Part shown: in pieces, positions 45,501 to 57,745 of the stretch
How the letters are laid out: the number at the start of each line of letters is the position of its first letter
Numbering within the stretch: the stretch's first letter is position 1
Assembly: GCA_013239625.1 (NCBI GenBank)
Contig: MU053472.1
Coordinates: 744,001-808,000 of the forward strand
Direction: 5' to 3'
Origin: Lama guanicoe
Lineage: Eukaryota
DNA length: 64,000 nt
Position numbers and translations under genes: made by a program
Notes under the pieces: generated by a model
Databases searched by the model: none
Seen by the model: only the letters and a program-made list of their open reading frames with translations
What the model was told of the DNA's origin: nothing

Positions 45501-46910
45501 GCCCTCAGTTTCCCCATCCTTACCACACAGGAATTGAGCCAAATGATTGCTAAGGTCCCTTTCAGCGCCGACCTCCTCTGACCGAATGAGATAATGTGCG
45601 AAAGCACTTTGTAAACGCTAAAGCCGGACGAGTGCCAAGGATTATTATTACGATTCTAATCAATCCTCTTTTCTCCACATGGATCTTGGCTGTTTAGCGC
45701 CAGCAAACAGGCTAAAGAGGGCCGCAAGCAAGACAGCTTAGAGGAGCTGGGAAAGCTCTGCGCCGTGCACAGAAAAAACTCTGCCTCTCCAGAAACATTC
45801 TGTCTCTGTGTGCCCCCCGAGGCCTGGTGGGGAGGGGTGGGGAGGAGGAGGAGGCCTAACCTGGTAGGACCCATTTCAGTTCCCATGCAGGCAGGCAGGG
45901 AGTAGAATTCTTCCAAAGCATCGTTTGTCTCCCAGTGACTGACATAGGAACCTAATGTGAAGGCGATCTGCAATTGTTTTTTTCCAGGAAGAAAGGAAAG
46001 AGCAAGGTGTAGCTGATTAGCAAGTTAATTATTTCAGTACCCCAAGGGTTCCAGTGTGGTGGTAAGTTGTCCAGCCCTGGTGTAATTTCACAGTCCATGC
46101 ATTTCCTGGGGAGCACCTGGGGTGGCTGGGTCTGTCTGTCTCTCCATCCACCTGCCTTATGTCTTTGTGACACACCTGGGGAGCTGAGCAGGGGCTGGGG
46201 GAGTAGATGGTGCCACATATATATTTGGCTCAGGTGGCAGGTGGAGGGCCAGACAGAGAACAAGGTAGAGGAAGCCTCTATCTCTACCGAGTGTTTAATT
46301 ATCTGGCCCTTCGTTCTTCTTAAAAAAAAAATTCTGTTGAATAAATATTAATGAGGCAGGTTATCAGAAAGCGGAGTTACTGTGAGGTTATTTCCCCAGA
46401 CTTGGCGTGGAAAGAAGTGGGGTTGGAGGGGCCCTTTTGCCTCTCACCCCACTCCTAGTCCTGGCCCACTCTTCAGTGCTCATATTTGCTTTCCCAGTTC
46501 TGGCCGCCACTTGGTCTGCGGTGGCTTCATCCAATCTCCCTTCAAGAGCTGATTTCCCCTTGGGGGAGGGGAGGGAGGGCTGTGTGGTCAAACGGACACC
46601 TCCGTCAGAGAGATAAGTTGGGGAGGTGAACATGAGCCTCAGAATTGGCAGCTTCTGCTTCTCCCTGCTCCCTAGGCTGGTAGGGCCAGCCCCCTGCTGC
46701 TCCTCCTGCGATGGACAGGGGCTCGACAGTTTACTTAAGAGTGGTCCCATCTGCTCAGACTGGCCTTTCATAAGGGGAGGGATTTATGCAGTGTCCTTGT
46801 GCACAGACCTGGGATTTGCTTGAAAACCCTGGGCCTCTGAGAATATTACCGAACGCTGAAATGTTCAGCCACAGCGATGATTCATGAGTTGTCTGCATTC
46901 AATGGGGGTA

Positions 46911-46942
46911 TGTGTGTGTGTGTGTGTGTGTGTATGTGTGTG
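46911..46942 (+). repeat. (TG)n microsatellite
   Basis: Direct reading, one TA interruption. Confidence 0.9.
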
Positions 46943-49285
46943 TTGGGGAGGGGGCACACGCATTGATGGGTGCTTTTCCCCAGTCTTACTTCTAATCCAA
47001 ACGTTAGGAAACTTTCTTTTTTCCTGTATTCACTCAGGAGACAGCCCACAGCACCTGGCTCTGGAGAGCCAACTTCCCGACTTCAGCGGTGTGAAGACGC
47101 GGTGATACTTTTTGGCGCCGGCAATCAAGCAGGTTGGCTGGTATCACTGCTGGCGGAGAGGGGCCGGGGGCTGTCTGGAAAGAGAGTTCTTATGACTGTT
47201 CTGCTGTGGGTGGCAGAGGATTTGAGGAGGGGGATGTCTAATCGCTGTTCCAATTAAGCTGGCTGTCTTTACCTCCCAGGCATCCAGGGTCTCAGCAGGA
47301 GGAAGTCAGAGAAACTGAGAACACAGGAAGGCAGGTGTAGCAAGTTCCTTGTCTCAATCTTGGTAGCACCAAGCCAAAATGAAGCCCAGAGATCCCAGAG
47401 AACAGGGCTTGGAGGTCCCGTATGGGATCTTGACCTCTTTTCATTGCCCAGTGGCTGGTAAGCGAGCATTTTCAGCTTATATGACCCTCATTATGGTTCT
47501 ACCATTTTCTTGCTCATGTTCTAGTTTGGACCCTAGCCTCCACAGCTCTGGAGTTTTTCTTTTCTCACAGGCCATTCGTAATTTAGCCAGCGTTTTAGGC
47601 CATTGGTCAGCACATGTTCTGAATGGGGAGCCAGCAGGCCTGTACCTATGTGCAAGGTTGTTCTCATTTGGGCTCAAGGGAGGATATAGTTTCCCCTTAA
47701 AAAAAGAGAAGCAGGGAACCATTTCTATGAATCTTTTGATGAAGGATTTACTACCAATTTGATAAGTTCAATGCTCTTTTTACTCATTCTGAATGAATAA
47801 CTTTGTCAGTCAACCCAAGGGTCTGCAGAACCTATAAAAATTCTTTCTTCAGCCTCCCTGTTTTAACACATGCTGGGGCTCCAGCCTGCCTCTGACAGAC
47901 TGGGGAGGAGCAGAAACATTCCAGAGACCAGGACTTAGAGTGTTATCTCTCCCCCTACCCCAAATCCTCACTCTCCATTTTATCTCTCTTTACCACAAAT
48001 GCAGAGACCTCCTAGGGACGTGTGAAGGGATGGGTTTTAATCAGGTTTGGGGAAGTAAGGGGCCTAAGTTGACCCCAAAGAAAGAGAGAAACCATTGGAA
48101 TTTCTCAATGATGCCCCGCTGTTACATCTCTCATGTGTTGTATATTGCATCCCACAGAGTATGCATTTGTGGCAGTAATCTACAGTGTATACCTACGGTG
48201 TATAGGTTAGCATTTCCCAAATGCTGCTTGGCCGAAACAGTGTTAAATAAAATTGTAAGAAATTCTACCAGGGCCTTGCATGGCTTATTTAACTCTATCA
48301 ATGCTACACAATGTTAGTGTGTAGCATCTTAGTTGGCACAATATCACGTTTCATTTCTATATGCCAGATATATTTAAGCATAAGAGGTACCATTTTTGCA
48401 TACATATATTTCCTGGTGATTCCCTAGGAGAAATGTGATGGAAATGGCAGAAACCTTTTCTCTCTCCACATAAACTTGTACCCCGAACACACAGATCGCC
48501 GGTCACATGCACTCACACGGCCGGCTGTCCCCTTACGCATTGTTATAAACAAGCCTCCACTGGTAAATGGAAATGTAGGTTCCGTGAGTGTAGGTCCAGC
48601 TTTATGCACACGTGCACAATTATGGACACATATACCAGCATTTTAGAACCTCTGCTACATTTACACATGTTTCCTCACACACCTACATTGCTGCGTAGAC
48701 GGGTGCTGATGGAAATGTGTGTTCCCACATGTAGATATTTACACGTGCACATGTAAGTGGTCTCACTGTGAGAGCCCATGTGCTGGAGAATCCTCTATAC
48801 GGGCTCCTATGTGAGTGTGCATCTATGTGCACGTGACGTTTGCACACACACACTCCTATGCCCCTGCTCTTGGGTATACACTCCAACACTCCATGTGGCC
48901 AAGGTGCCACAGATGCCCTGTTCCCCCTCCCAGGCTCCAGACCTGGCGGACAGTGTTTGAATTGGATGTTTGCCCTGGATGAGCCCTGAGGCCTTCGGGT
49001 TGGGGGTCCAGGAGGAGCAGGGTCAGGGTCAAGATGCCAGCTTGCCTGGCCTCTGGTGAAAATAATATGAAAGTGTGGGAATAGGAGGAAGGGTTGGCTA
49101 GCTGGTCTCTGCAGATGCCTCCAAAAGAAAATCAATCTTTTATTTGCTCATTTAACAAATGAGACAGGAGACCTGATTGGCTTCTGTGGTTCTGGTTCTG
49201 CTGCCAGTGATGCTGTGTGAGCCTTAGGTAACCTGCTCTCTGAGCCTCAGTTTCTACATCTGTTAAGTGAAGTATTGGCCTAGAC

Positions 49286-49454
49286 TAGTGGTTCTCAACC
49301 CAGTAGAATCATCTGGGGAGCTTTTTAAAAATACAGACACCTGGCCTCCACCCCAGACCAACTAGATCAGAATCTCTGGAGGTGGGTACCTGGCATTTCA
49401 TTTTTTTAAAGTGCCCCAGGCAATTCTCTATTCCACCAACATTGAGATCCACTG
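49286..49454. mobile_element. MER5A-like hAT MITE nested in a MIR
   Basis: TIRs TAGTGGTTCTCAA / TTGAGATCCACTG; internal ATCAGAATCTCTGG; hAT-type 8 bp TSD GCCTAGAC / ACCTAGAT. Confidence 0.8.
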
Positions 49455-51539
49455 ACCTAGATGTTCTCCAAGGCTCTTCTAGCCCCCAAACTCTATGCCA
49501 CGGAAGCCCTTTTATTTATAAAGCACCATGCTGGACATGAGGGTACTCTGCCAAAAATTCTAATTCACTTGTATAAGATCGTAAAAACCCATTAAAATGA
49601 TTCTTCTTTCAGTTCAGGAAGAGGATAATTTTTTGAACAAACTATATTTATGCTGGAAAAACTCAACACCTGAGTTTCCAGCTCTTTGTTCCCTTCCATC
49701 TTTGTCCCAATCTGTCTATTAATTATATGCCATCGATGCAGATACTATAAGTGGGTCCCTGATAAATGTGATCAATACCTTGCTAACTGCACATATTTCC
49801 TGTCTAGCTCCTCACCCAGCCTGCCGGGGGAGCGGGGTATTTTTAGTAGGGTAAATGAGGAGGCACAGGCCTCCAGGGGAAAGCCTCTCCCTCCCCCAGC
49901 CCCGAGGCAGAGAACACCAGCCCCTAGGCCCGCGCCCCAGTTCCGGAGGCTGGTGCGCCAGCTGAAGAAAAGCCTTGAGCTGAGTGTCCTAGAAAGCTGC
50001 TCTCAGACTTGGGCTTTTGGGAATCCTACCTTAATATTTTCTAACGACAGTTCCCCAGGCAGAGCCGGTCCCTCTTGAAAACAAATCTGCTTGCAGCCGC
50101 TCCTGCTGGAAGAGGCTGAGTCTGGCTGAGGCGTCTCACCCACGTGGCAAGCGGAAGGCAGAGCTGAGGCGACGTGGGCTGCCGCCCGTGGGCCCCTTTC
50201 TCCCTTATGGGGGGATGCTTAACAGAGTGTGCGGGGAGGGAGCCCCGCGGAGGGAGCCCCGCCCTTCACCTGTGTGGGAGGAAGGGGCAGGGGTTCGTTC
50301 TGGATGCACAGCTCCTGCGCCTCCATCACTGTTCTCATTCACTGACATTGGGGTTCAGGGTCTCCCAGGGAGACTCAGAGCGGAGTCTGGTTCTCTCGTT
50401 CGTTCCCACTCTCTCCCTCTCTCTGTAGCTCTGCTAGCTGGCCCAGGAGGCAGGCCAGGCTGGCTTAATTTTCTCCTGAAAGCGTTTGGACTAGTTTTCT
50501 TCCTTAGGAAGTTTGTCCCAACGTGGCTACTGTTGCTCCACTCTCCAGGTGAGCACTGGAGGTAGTGATGGGCCTTGAGATTCCTGTGGCTGGGGCTCGA
50601 ACCCTCTCGTCCTTGCATGCTCACTATTTCTCCGGTTGCCTCTTTATTTTTCCCCCTCTCGCTCACTTTATCTTCTTTCATTTTCTCCCCTGATGACATG
50701 CGAAATCCAGTCTCGGACCCCAAGGGGGTCTGCACAGAGTGGGGCATCACAGTGGACATCTTGGGTCATGCCCAGTCCATCTCCCCGCCTTCCCTTGCAG
50801 GGAGGCCAAACTTAGTCCCAAGAAGGGGACTCCGGACACAGCACAGGATTCTTGGATCTTGAATCTAGATCCAGAGCCCGGCTTCCCACGCCTGTGCCCC
50901 TTCCCAGGGCCCACCTCCCCTTAGGCCTGGGGAGCATCACACCCCAGGATGTGATGGATTTCTCCAGGCACCTTCAAAGGGTTCCATGTTTGTTTGCAAG
51001 GCGGACCTTGAATCCTGCTCTGGTCATAAATGTTGTTTATTTTGACTAGGACCTACTGAAAGGGGCCTGGGCGTTAGGGAGGGCAAAGAGAGGATTCCGT
51101 AGGGAAGATCATAAAACCATTAGCAGGGCAGGGCTTTTAAGGGTCACAGGATCATAGAATTTTCTGGCTGGAAAGAACACAGGCCATCAGGAAGGTCAGA
51201 GAAGACCACTTTGTCAGCGAAAGGCCTCTAGGGCCACACGGGGCTAGGGTGGACAGCTTTGGGCCTCTTTCTAGAAAGTGGACATGGGGCATGGGGGCAT
51301 GACCCCCCAATAACCTTACACCAGGCGGGGGAGGCCAACAGTCACTGAACATGATGGATTTGCCCTCCCAGTGGGAAGAAGCAGTTGCTTGAATGTGCAC
51401 AGGAGCCTCTTGTTCTGGGCAGTGGGCACAGCTCTGGGTAAAGGACATAAAATCACCTCCAATTCTGCTCCAATCATTATTCTGAGCAGCCAGCATATAC
51501 CAGGGGCTATCCCTGATGCTCTTCTGATACCTTCAAAAT

Positions 51540-51670
51540 AATTCTGAAAGAGATGTTATCTCCATTTTGCAGATAAGACAGTCGAAGCTCAGAGAGGGGA
51601 GCTGGTTTGCCCAAGGTCACACAGCAAGTTAGTGGTAAGGCTGGGACTAGACCTTAAGACTTCAGATTCT
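51540..51670. mobile_element. MIR SINE
   Basis: CCATTTTGCAGATAAG...GCTCAGAGAGG...TTGCCCAAGGTCACACAGC. Confidence 0.7.
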
Positions 51671-52869
51671 TTAAACCTAATCTCTTTTCCATCCCCCATT
51701 CCCTCCCTTCCCTTCCACCATCTGCCATGGTCTGGTCCCCTGTGGCCTCAGAGATGGAATGGGAACAGGGATCCCTTCCCTTTAAAGCTGATGTTAGGGC
51801 AGAGGGAAGCTCACTTCTCGTAAGGGAGAAAAGCAGTCTTGGGCTCCTTCCAGTCCCTGGCATATACCTGGCTCCCTTTACAAACATGCTCTCATAAATC
51901 AGTCAGGAAACATCTTGGTTGCCCTTTACTTGCTGTGTGACTTAAAGCAAATCACTTCACCTCTCTGAGCCGTACTTCTGGACCCCCTGAGCTCCTCTTT
52001 GGTGTAATGGCTCTAGGGGACAGGGGGAGATGAGACTTGGTTTTGCCCCCAAGGCTGACTCAGATCACAAAAGAGACACTCAAAGCAGGCAAGGCAAGGC
52101 TTGCGAAGATCCCTGCTGAGAAGGCAGAAGGCCTAGAGCCAGGGCAGAGGCTGGGCGGTGAAGAGGCAGCTTAAGCAGTGAGTTCTTCCCTGATCCCCTG
52201 ACTGTGAAATCCAGTTGCTCAGAGAATGGAAAATCCCCTTCTTCTCCCCCAACCCCTCCTCCACAAAGGCCTTCTAATAGGCCTGCCAGCTTTGGGGTGC
52301 TAATCTGCTCAGACATCACTCTGGGAGCAGGTTTCCTGGGGTCCCCATCCCAGCATCCCCTCAGTGGGAGATGGGGAAGGCTGGTGGGGAAGCAGGGGTC
52401 CCAGGACTTGAGGGGAGGTGTCCTGCTGCCTGACCTGCCCCAAGGATGAGGGAAACTCATATAGTGGGCCCCTGTGAGAAGGTACTTCAGGGATGGGGAT
52501 GGGGTGGGGCTGGGGAGCACAGGACTGGATGGAGGTGGGCAGGAGGGCTGGGTCCTGGGGCAGAGGTGCCTTGGGTGGGCTTATTATTAAACAGCCCCAT
52601 TATTTCACCCACCACACTCCTTTCATTTTTATTTGAAGACAGCTCCCTCCCCAGCACCTTCACCTCCCCACCCCCTACACTTTCACTCATCCATCCACTG
52701 AGCCGCTGACAGCTGCCCTGCGGGTGAACTCCAGTCCTCCTGTGGCTGGAAAGATACTGGGGGGGGGCGCTTAGGCCAGAGCATGCCCCCTTCCAGACCC
52801 CACCACCCCCTCCATACATACTCACTCCCTCAAAATAGTGCCACCTTGGTCCTCCTGTATCAGACCCAG

Positions 52870-53190
52870 ATGAAGGAGGTGAGGGAGGTGAAGGAGCCAG
52901 GAGGAGGTGAAAAAGGAAGAAATGGTGATGGGATGTGGAGAAAGGAGATGAAGGAAAAATAAAACAGAGAAGCAGGAGGGAAAGAGGAAAAGGGAGGACA
53001 TGGAGGAGAAGAGAGAGGGGAAGAAATCAAGACCAATGAGAAGGTGGAAAAGGAGGAGGAGAAGTGAAGGAAGGATGAAAGGAGGGAGGGCAGGGGCTGG
53101 AAGATTGGGAGGCATCACCGTGAATGGCAGAAGATGCTGAGGGCAGGGGAAAGACGGCAGGGTTGAGGGATGGGGCAGGGGTGGGGGCTG
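52870..53190 (+). repeat. Purine-rich (GA) low-complexity tract
   Basis: Strongly A/G-skewed + strand. Confidence 0.75.
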
Positions 53191-53809
53191 CACAGGCAGG
53201 AGGAAGCCAGGGGGTCTCTCCAGGGGTGAGGGAGGCGGCTGGCTGGAGCCTCGCCCACCCAGCTCCCACCTCTGGGTGAAGGTTAATCATCGCAATGCCT
53301 CAGACCACATCAATGGCTGTCCAGGCTGTGATCAGGGGGTTCTCTGACTTGGGGTGGTCAGAACTGGGAGGACCGGCCAGATGGAGCCCTTTCGTCCCTT
53401 CCCAGGATGGGGACAGCTTCTGCCCTATCTTCATGGGCCTGCCCACCTCACACCTGCCGCCTCCATCCTGCCCACTCCTCTTTGGTTACGGAGCCCATCG
53501 GGAGTTGGTCCCAGTTGTTGGGTTTCATGATGTTATGACGGACTGGGCCTTAAAAGCCAAGTACTTTCCATCCCCCCTCACTTTATAGATGGGAAACTGC
53601 AGCCTGGAGAGGGGAAGAAACTTACCCACAGTTATATGGGGAGCCTTGCCTTTCTAACCTCAGAAGCTCATGATGAAACAGCCAAAGAGGAATGGGGCCG
53701 CGTGATGTCTCTCTGCAGAAGGCCTGGCTCTTTGTACTCAGTCCTCTCTGCTGGGAACACTACCACAGTGTTCTGGATCCCAGATGAGGGAAAGCATTTG
53801 TGATTATGA

Positions 53810-54000
53810 TAGTTACCTTAATCTGAGTACCTACTAGGTTCCAGGCACTTTGGCATCCTCAGTAAATCTTCACACATATCCTGTCCAGTGTATATTCTAT
53901 GTCCTGCCTTTATAGAGAAGTAAACCAAAGCCCAGAGAGGTTAAGTAACTTGCTCAAAGTCACACCGCTAGAAACTGGAGCTGGGATTTGCTCAAAGCCC
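53810..54000. mobile_element. MIR SINE
   Basis: GAGTACCTACTAGGTTCCAGGCAC...AGAGAGGTTAAGTAACTTGCTCAAAGTCACAC. Confidence 0.7.
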
Positions 54001-54462
54001 CTGTCAAATCTTTAATGCCATGCTCTCTCTTGGGTCATGACAGTGGACGCTCTCCACCCTCATCCCATTCTCCACTTCCTCATACTCTCGGGATTAGATT
54101 TGAGACCACCCCACCTCCCTGCCATGCAATATGGGACTGATGTTGTCACAGAGAACCCTGCTGGGTGAATCCCTCTAACCATGTCCCACTGACTCCCAAC
54201 AAAGACCTCACAAGAACAAGGGTAAGGTCCTCTGAGGCTCCGTATGATTTATCTGGTGATATTGTTATTTTATGGGACGGGCCAAAGAGGTGTCAGGAAG
54301 CAGGTTTGCTGTAAATCTCCTTCCTTTGCTCCTTTTCCTGCTGTGTGTCCCCTCCTGGGATTTATGGTGGAATATGTTCAGAGCTACGGACTTGGGTCTT
54401 GGGTTCAAGCTTAGGGTGGGAAGGCAAGGGACAATACATCTTCCTCCTCTGGGATCTGCTAA

Positions 54463-54463
<1 letters not shown>

Positions 54464-54493
<30 letters not shown>
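54464..54493 (+). repeat. (TG)15 microsatellite
   Basis: Direct reading. Confidence 0.95.
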
Positions 54494-54494
<1 letters not shown>

Positions 54495-57400
54495 ATGAGC
54501 TACCCATGCTCCATCACAGGCCTGCACTGTCTAGTCCACAAAACCTTTCAAGACCTCCATAGCGCTCGAACAGCCCTGCAGACGGCAAGTTGCTTGCACT
54601 AGGGATGTGTTACCGGGGCCCACACATAGGCTGGCACCCCCTGTGTGCCTCTCGCACTGGTGGGTGTAAGTTTCTGAATCAACCCAGGAATGTGGGAGCA
54701 GAGCCCACCTGGGAACAAACGTGACTCCTATGCAATGATTCTAGGATGGGAAGAAGAGGGGTGCTCCCCATGGGGTGGTGGGTTAGGGACGTACTCCTGG
54801 GTACCTTTTGAGATGGGTAGAGCAGGTGGGGTGGGGTGAGGTAGCAGGGCTCCCCAGTTGGGCTCTTGGGGATGCCATCTTGGCCTTCCCCTTCACACCT
54901 CTCCCCGCTGCATTGAGGGCTTTCAGGGCTGTGAATTCTGGGCTGTTTGTTCTGAGCTCAGCTTGGCCAGCTCAGAGGCCAGCAGATGCTGGCTGCAGCC
55001 AGTGGTCTGGAGATAGCTCAGCCCAAGGAAGGAGGGAGGAGGAGGAGAAGGAGAGAGAAGGAAAGAACTGAGTAGAGGAGGGAAGGAAGGGGAGGGGCTA
55101 GGGAAGGCCTTTTCTGGCTTGTTTCCCCAAACACACTGGCCCTTCCCTCTTGCCAAACCCCTTCCCGATCATAGGGCTCCTTACACACAGTCTGGTGGCT
55201 TTCACTACTGTTCCCCTCCTTTGTAGGCACCTAGAGGACATGTCTTGGGCACCTCATAACTCTCCACGGTTCCAAGTCCTTAGAGAGGACTCCCTAAGGA
55301 CCCTCCCTTAGGTCCCAAGGACCGTAGGGAGGGCTCGGTGAATCCTGGCTAAGTGAATCTAGGAGAAAAGAGATGTCACCCTTTGAGTGAATATCAGGTC
55401 ACTCTCCCACCCCATCCTTTCCCTGCTCCTTTCCTGGCTGCCCAAACCAGGGCTGCACTGTGTCTCCCGTTAAATATATGGAATTATCTATTACAATACT
55501 TCAATATTTATTACATTGATTTCGCTTTAAATGCTTTGTAAATCATAGCAAAAAATAATGGCCTTCCAACAGAGAGTCATATACCGTAATCAACTGGAGG
55601 AAAGCCGGCATTGTAATTTAAAATAAAAAAATCCTTATGTGAGTCTCTCATTTAAATTAAGAGACAGGACGTGATTCAAATAATAAGACCCAAGTGAGGC
55701 TGGTTTTTCTTGGCAAATTAGTAGAGGTTTTAACTGGAACTGAAAAGGTGTTAAGGTGGAACACTGACCTTATTAGACCTTAATTATTTTCTGTTGTTAC
55801 ATTCCTGGAGCAGAGGGTTTTTATTTTTTTCCCCAAAGTGGCCATGTTAAGCTTCATCACAGGAACTTTGCCTTTAGAAAGATATCACTTCTCAAGAGGC
55901 ATTAGTAGGATAAAGAGCAGACACTTCACCTGTGTCCTTTTTCTCCATCCTAGAGTTTCCTGGGCATCTGGAACTGCTGGTTTGGAGGCATCGTTCTTGT
56001 CCTTGAAAACAGAGAATTCACCACGCTGTGTCTCCCAGCTTCTTCAGCTTCTTCACCCAGGCTTCTTAGTGGCATCCTCCTCCCCAGGGACCTATCCTCT
56101 GCCAACTGGTACAGCCAGCATCCATCTGGCCAGGAGGGAGGAGGGGGTGTGTGTGTGCATGCGCGTGCTGGGTGATGGGACCCAGCCAGCGGTGTTTTCC
56201 TCCTCTTTCACTGCAACCTTCCTGCACTGCCTTCCGTGGCCAAATGTGGCTGATCTTTGGTCCCAGAGCTAGCCAGGCCCAGACCAAGATGTCCACGGCA
56301 CCTGGCAATGAAAATGAAAAAACACCAGTCCCTCTACATGGAAATAGTGCTAGTTAATGGCGCTTCATTGTACCTGGTACACAGTGGGTGTCTGGTAGTG
56401 TGGGTTTTTTTTTTTTTTGGCTGGAAGGAGGTGCAGTTAGAAAAGGGTCTTTTCCGCTTGATTCCAGACCCCTCCACTTCCCATATCTCGTACATGGCCC
56501 TGGGGTGCCATGGTGGGGAAGAAATATTGAGCCCCAAGAAGACCCCGCACAAACATCCATTCCATAACCATAGCCTCCTGGAACACAACCCAGCTGAGCT
56601 CTTTTTATTAAATGCAGTCTCTGCATTCTTCCCATTAACCTTTTAATTGACTGATTTGATCAGAGCGAGGCAGAACTTTTCCCTTGGCTTGGTGTCCTGG
56701 GGACCATGTTTGGTGGTTCCTCACTACCCAGGAGAAGGTTGGGATACGGGTGGAGGATGCCATAAAGACATAGGAAAGGCCCGAGTGGGACCCGTTAGGC
56801 CATTACAGGCGGTGGGATCCCCGAAGGAAGAGGGAGATCAAGGCTTTCTTTGGTTACCCGTCAGCTGTGAACAGGGCATATACTGTAGAGGCGGGACCTG
56901 CACTCTTCAGAGGAGATCCAGGGTCCTAGGACATCAGGTCAGAAAGGGTTCAGAGGTCATCTAGGCAGACTCTCTTTCTTTATAAAGAGGACGCTGATGT
57001 ACTTGGAAATGATCGAACACCCTGCCTGTGGGTCCGTAGGGGGCAGAGTTAAGATGACGACAGAGGGGTCAAAAGTTGCAGGTGTGTGGTCTCTGGCCTA
57101 TGGCTGAGCAAAAGTTCACCTTGAGCCAGGCTCATCCTGGCACAGGTGGGCCAATCCTTGCTCCTGGACAGCTCGGGTGACCCTATCTGGACCCCACTCA
57201 TCACTCAGAAAGGCTACGGATACTGTGACTCCCAATAACATGACTGAAGATAGGTAGACAGGTATTATTATACCCATGTTACAGATAGATAAACTGAGGC
57301 CCAGATAGATTAAGTACCCTACTCTCCCCTCTCCCCAGCTGCTAAGAGGCAGAACTGGGATGTGAACTCAAGTCTCTCTGACTCTAGATGCATCAGAATT

Positions 57401-57615
57401 CCTACTGGGAGGGCAATAATACATGGGGGGATGTGAGCTCCACGAGGGCAGGGATCTGCAGATGTTTTATTCACTGCTGTCTCCCCAGCCCCTGGAACAG
57501 TGCCTGGCACATGGTGAACAAGAAATATTTCAAAATAACAAATGTCGACTTTAAAGGAAGGTGTGGTGGTGTAGCAAAGTGAGTTAGGAATGAACACTTT
57601 ATTGGGAGATACATA

Positions 57616-57745
57616 TTTTTAAAAGCTTTTGGGGGGAAGTAATTAGGTTTTTATTTATTTATTTATTCATTTATGTTAACGGATGTACTGGGGATTGAAC
57701 CTCGTGCATGCGCACACACTCTCCCACTGAGCTATTCCCTTCCCC
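57616..57745 (-). mobile_element. tRNA-derived SINE (camelid Vic-1-like), minus strand
   Basis: Reverse complement reads GGGGAAGGGAATAGCTCAGTGG...GGTTCAATCCCCAGTAC...(AAAT)n; degenerate flanking repeat GGAGATACATA / GGAGCTATATA. Confidence 0.8.
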
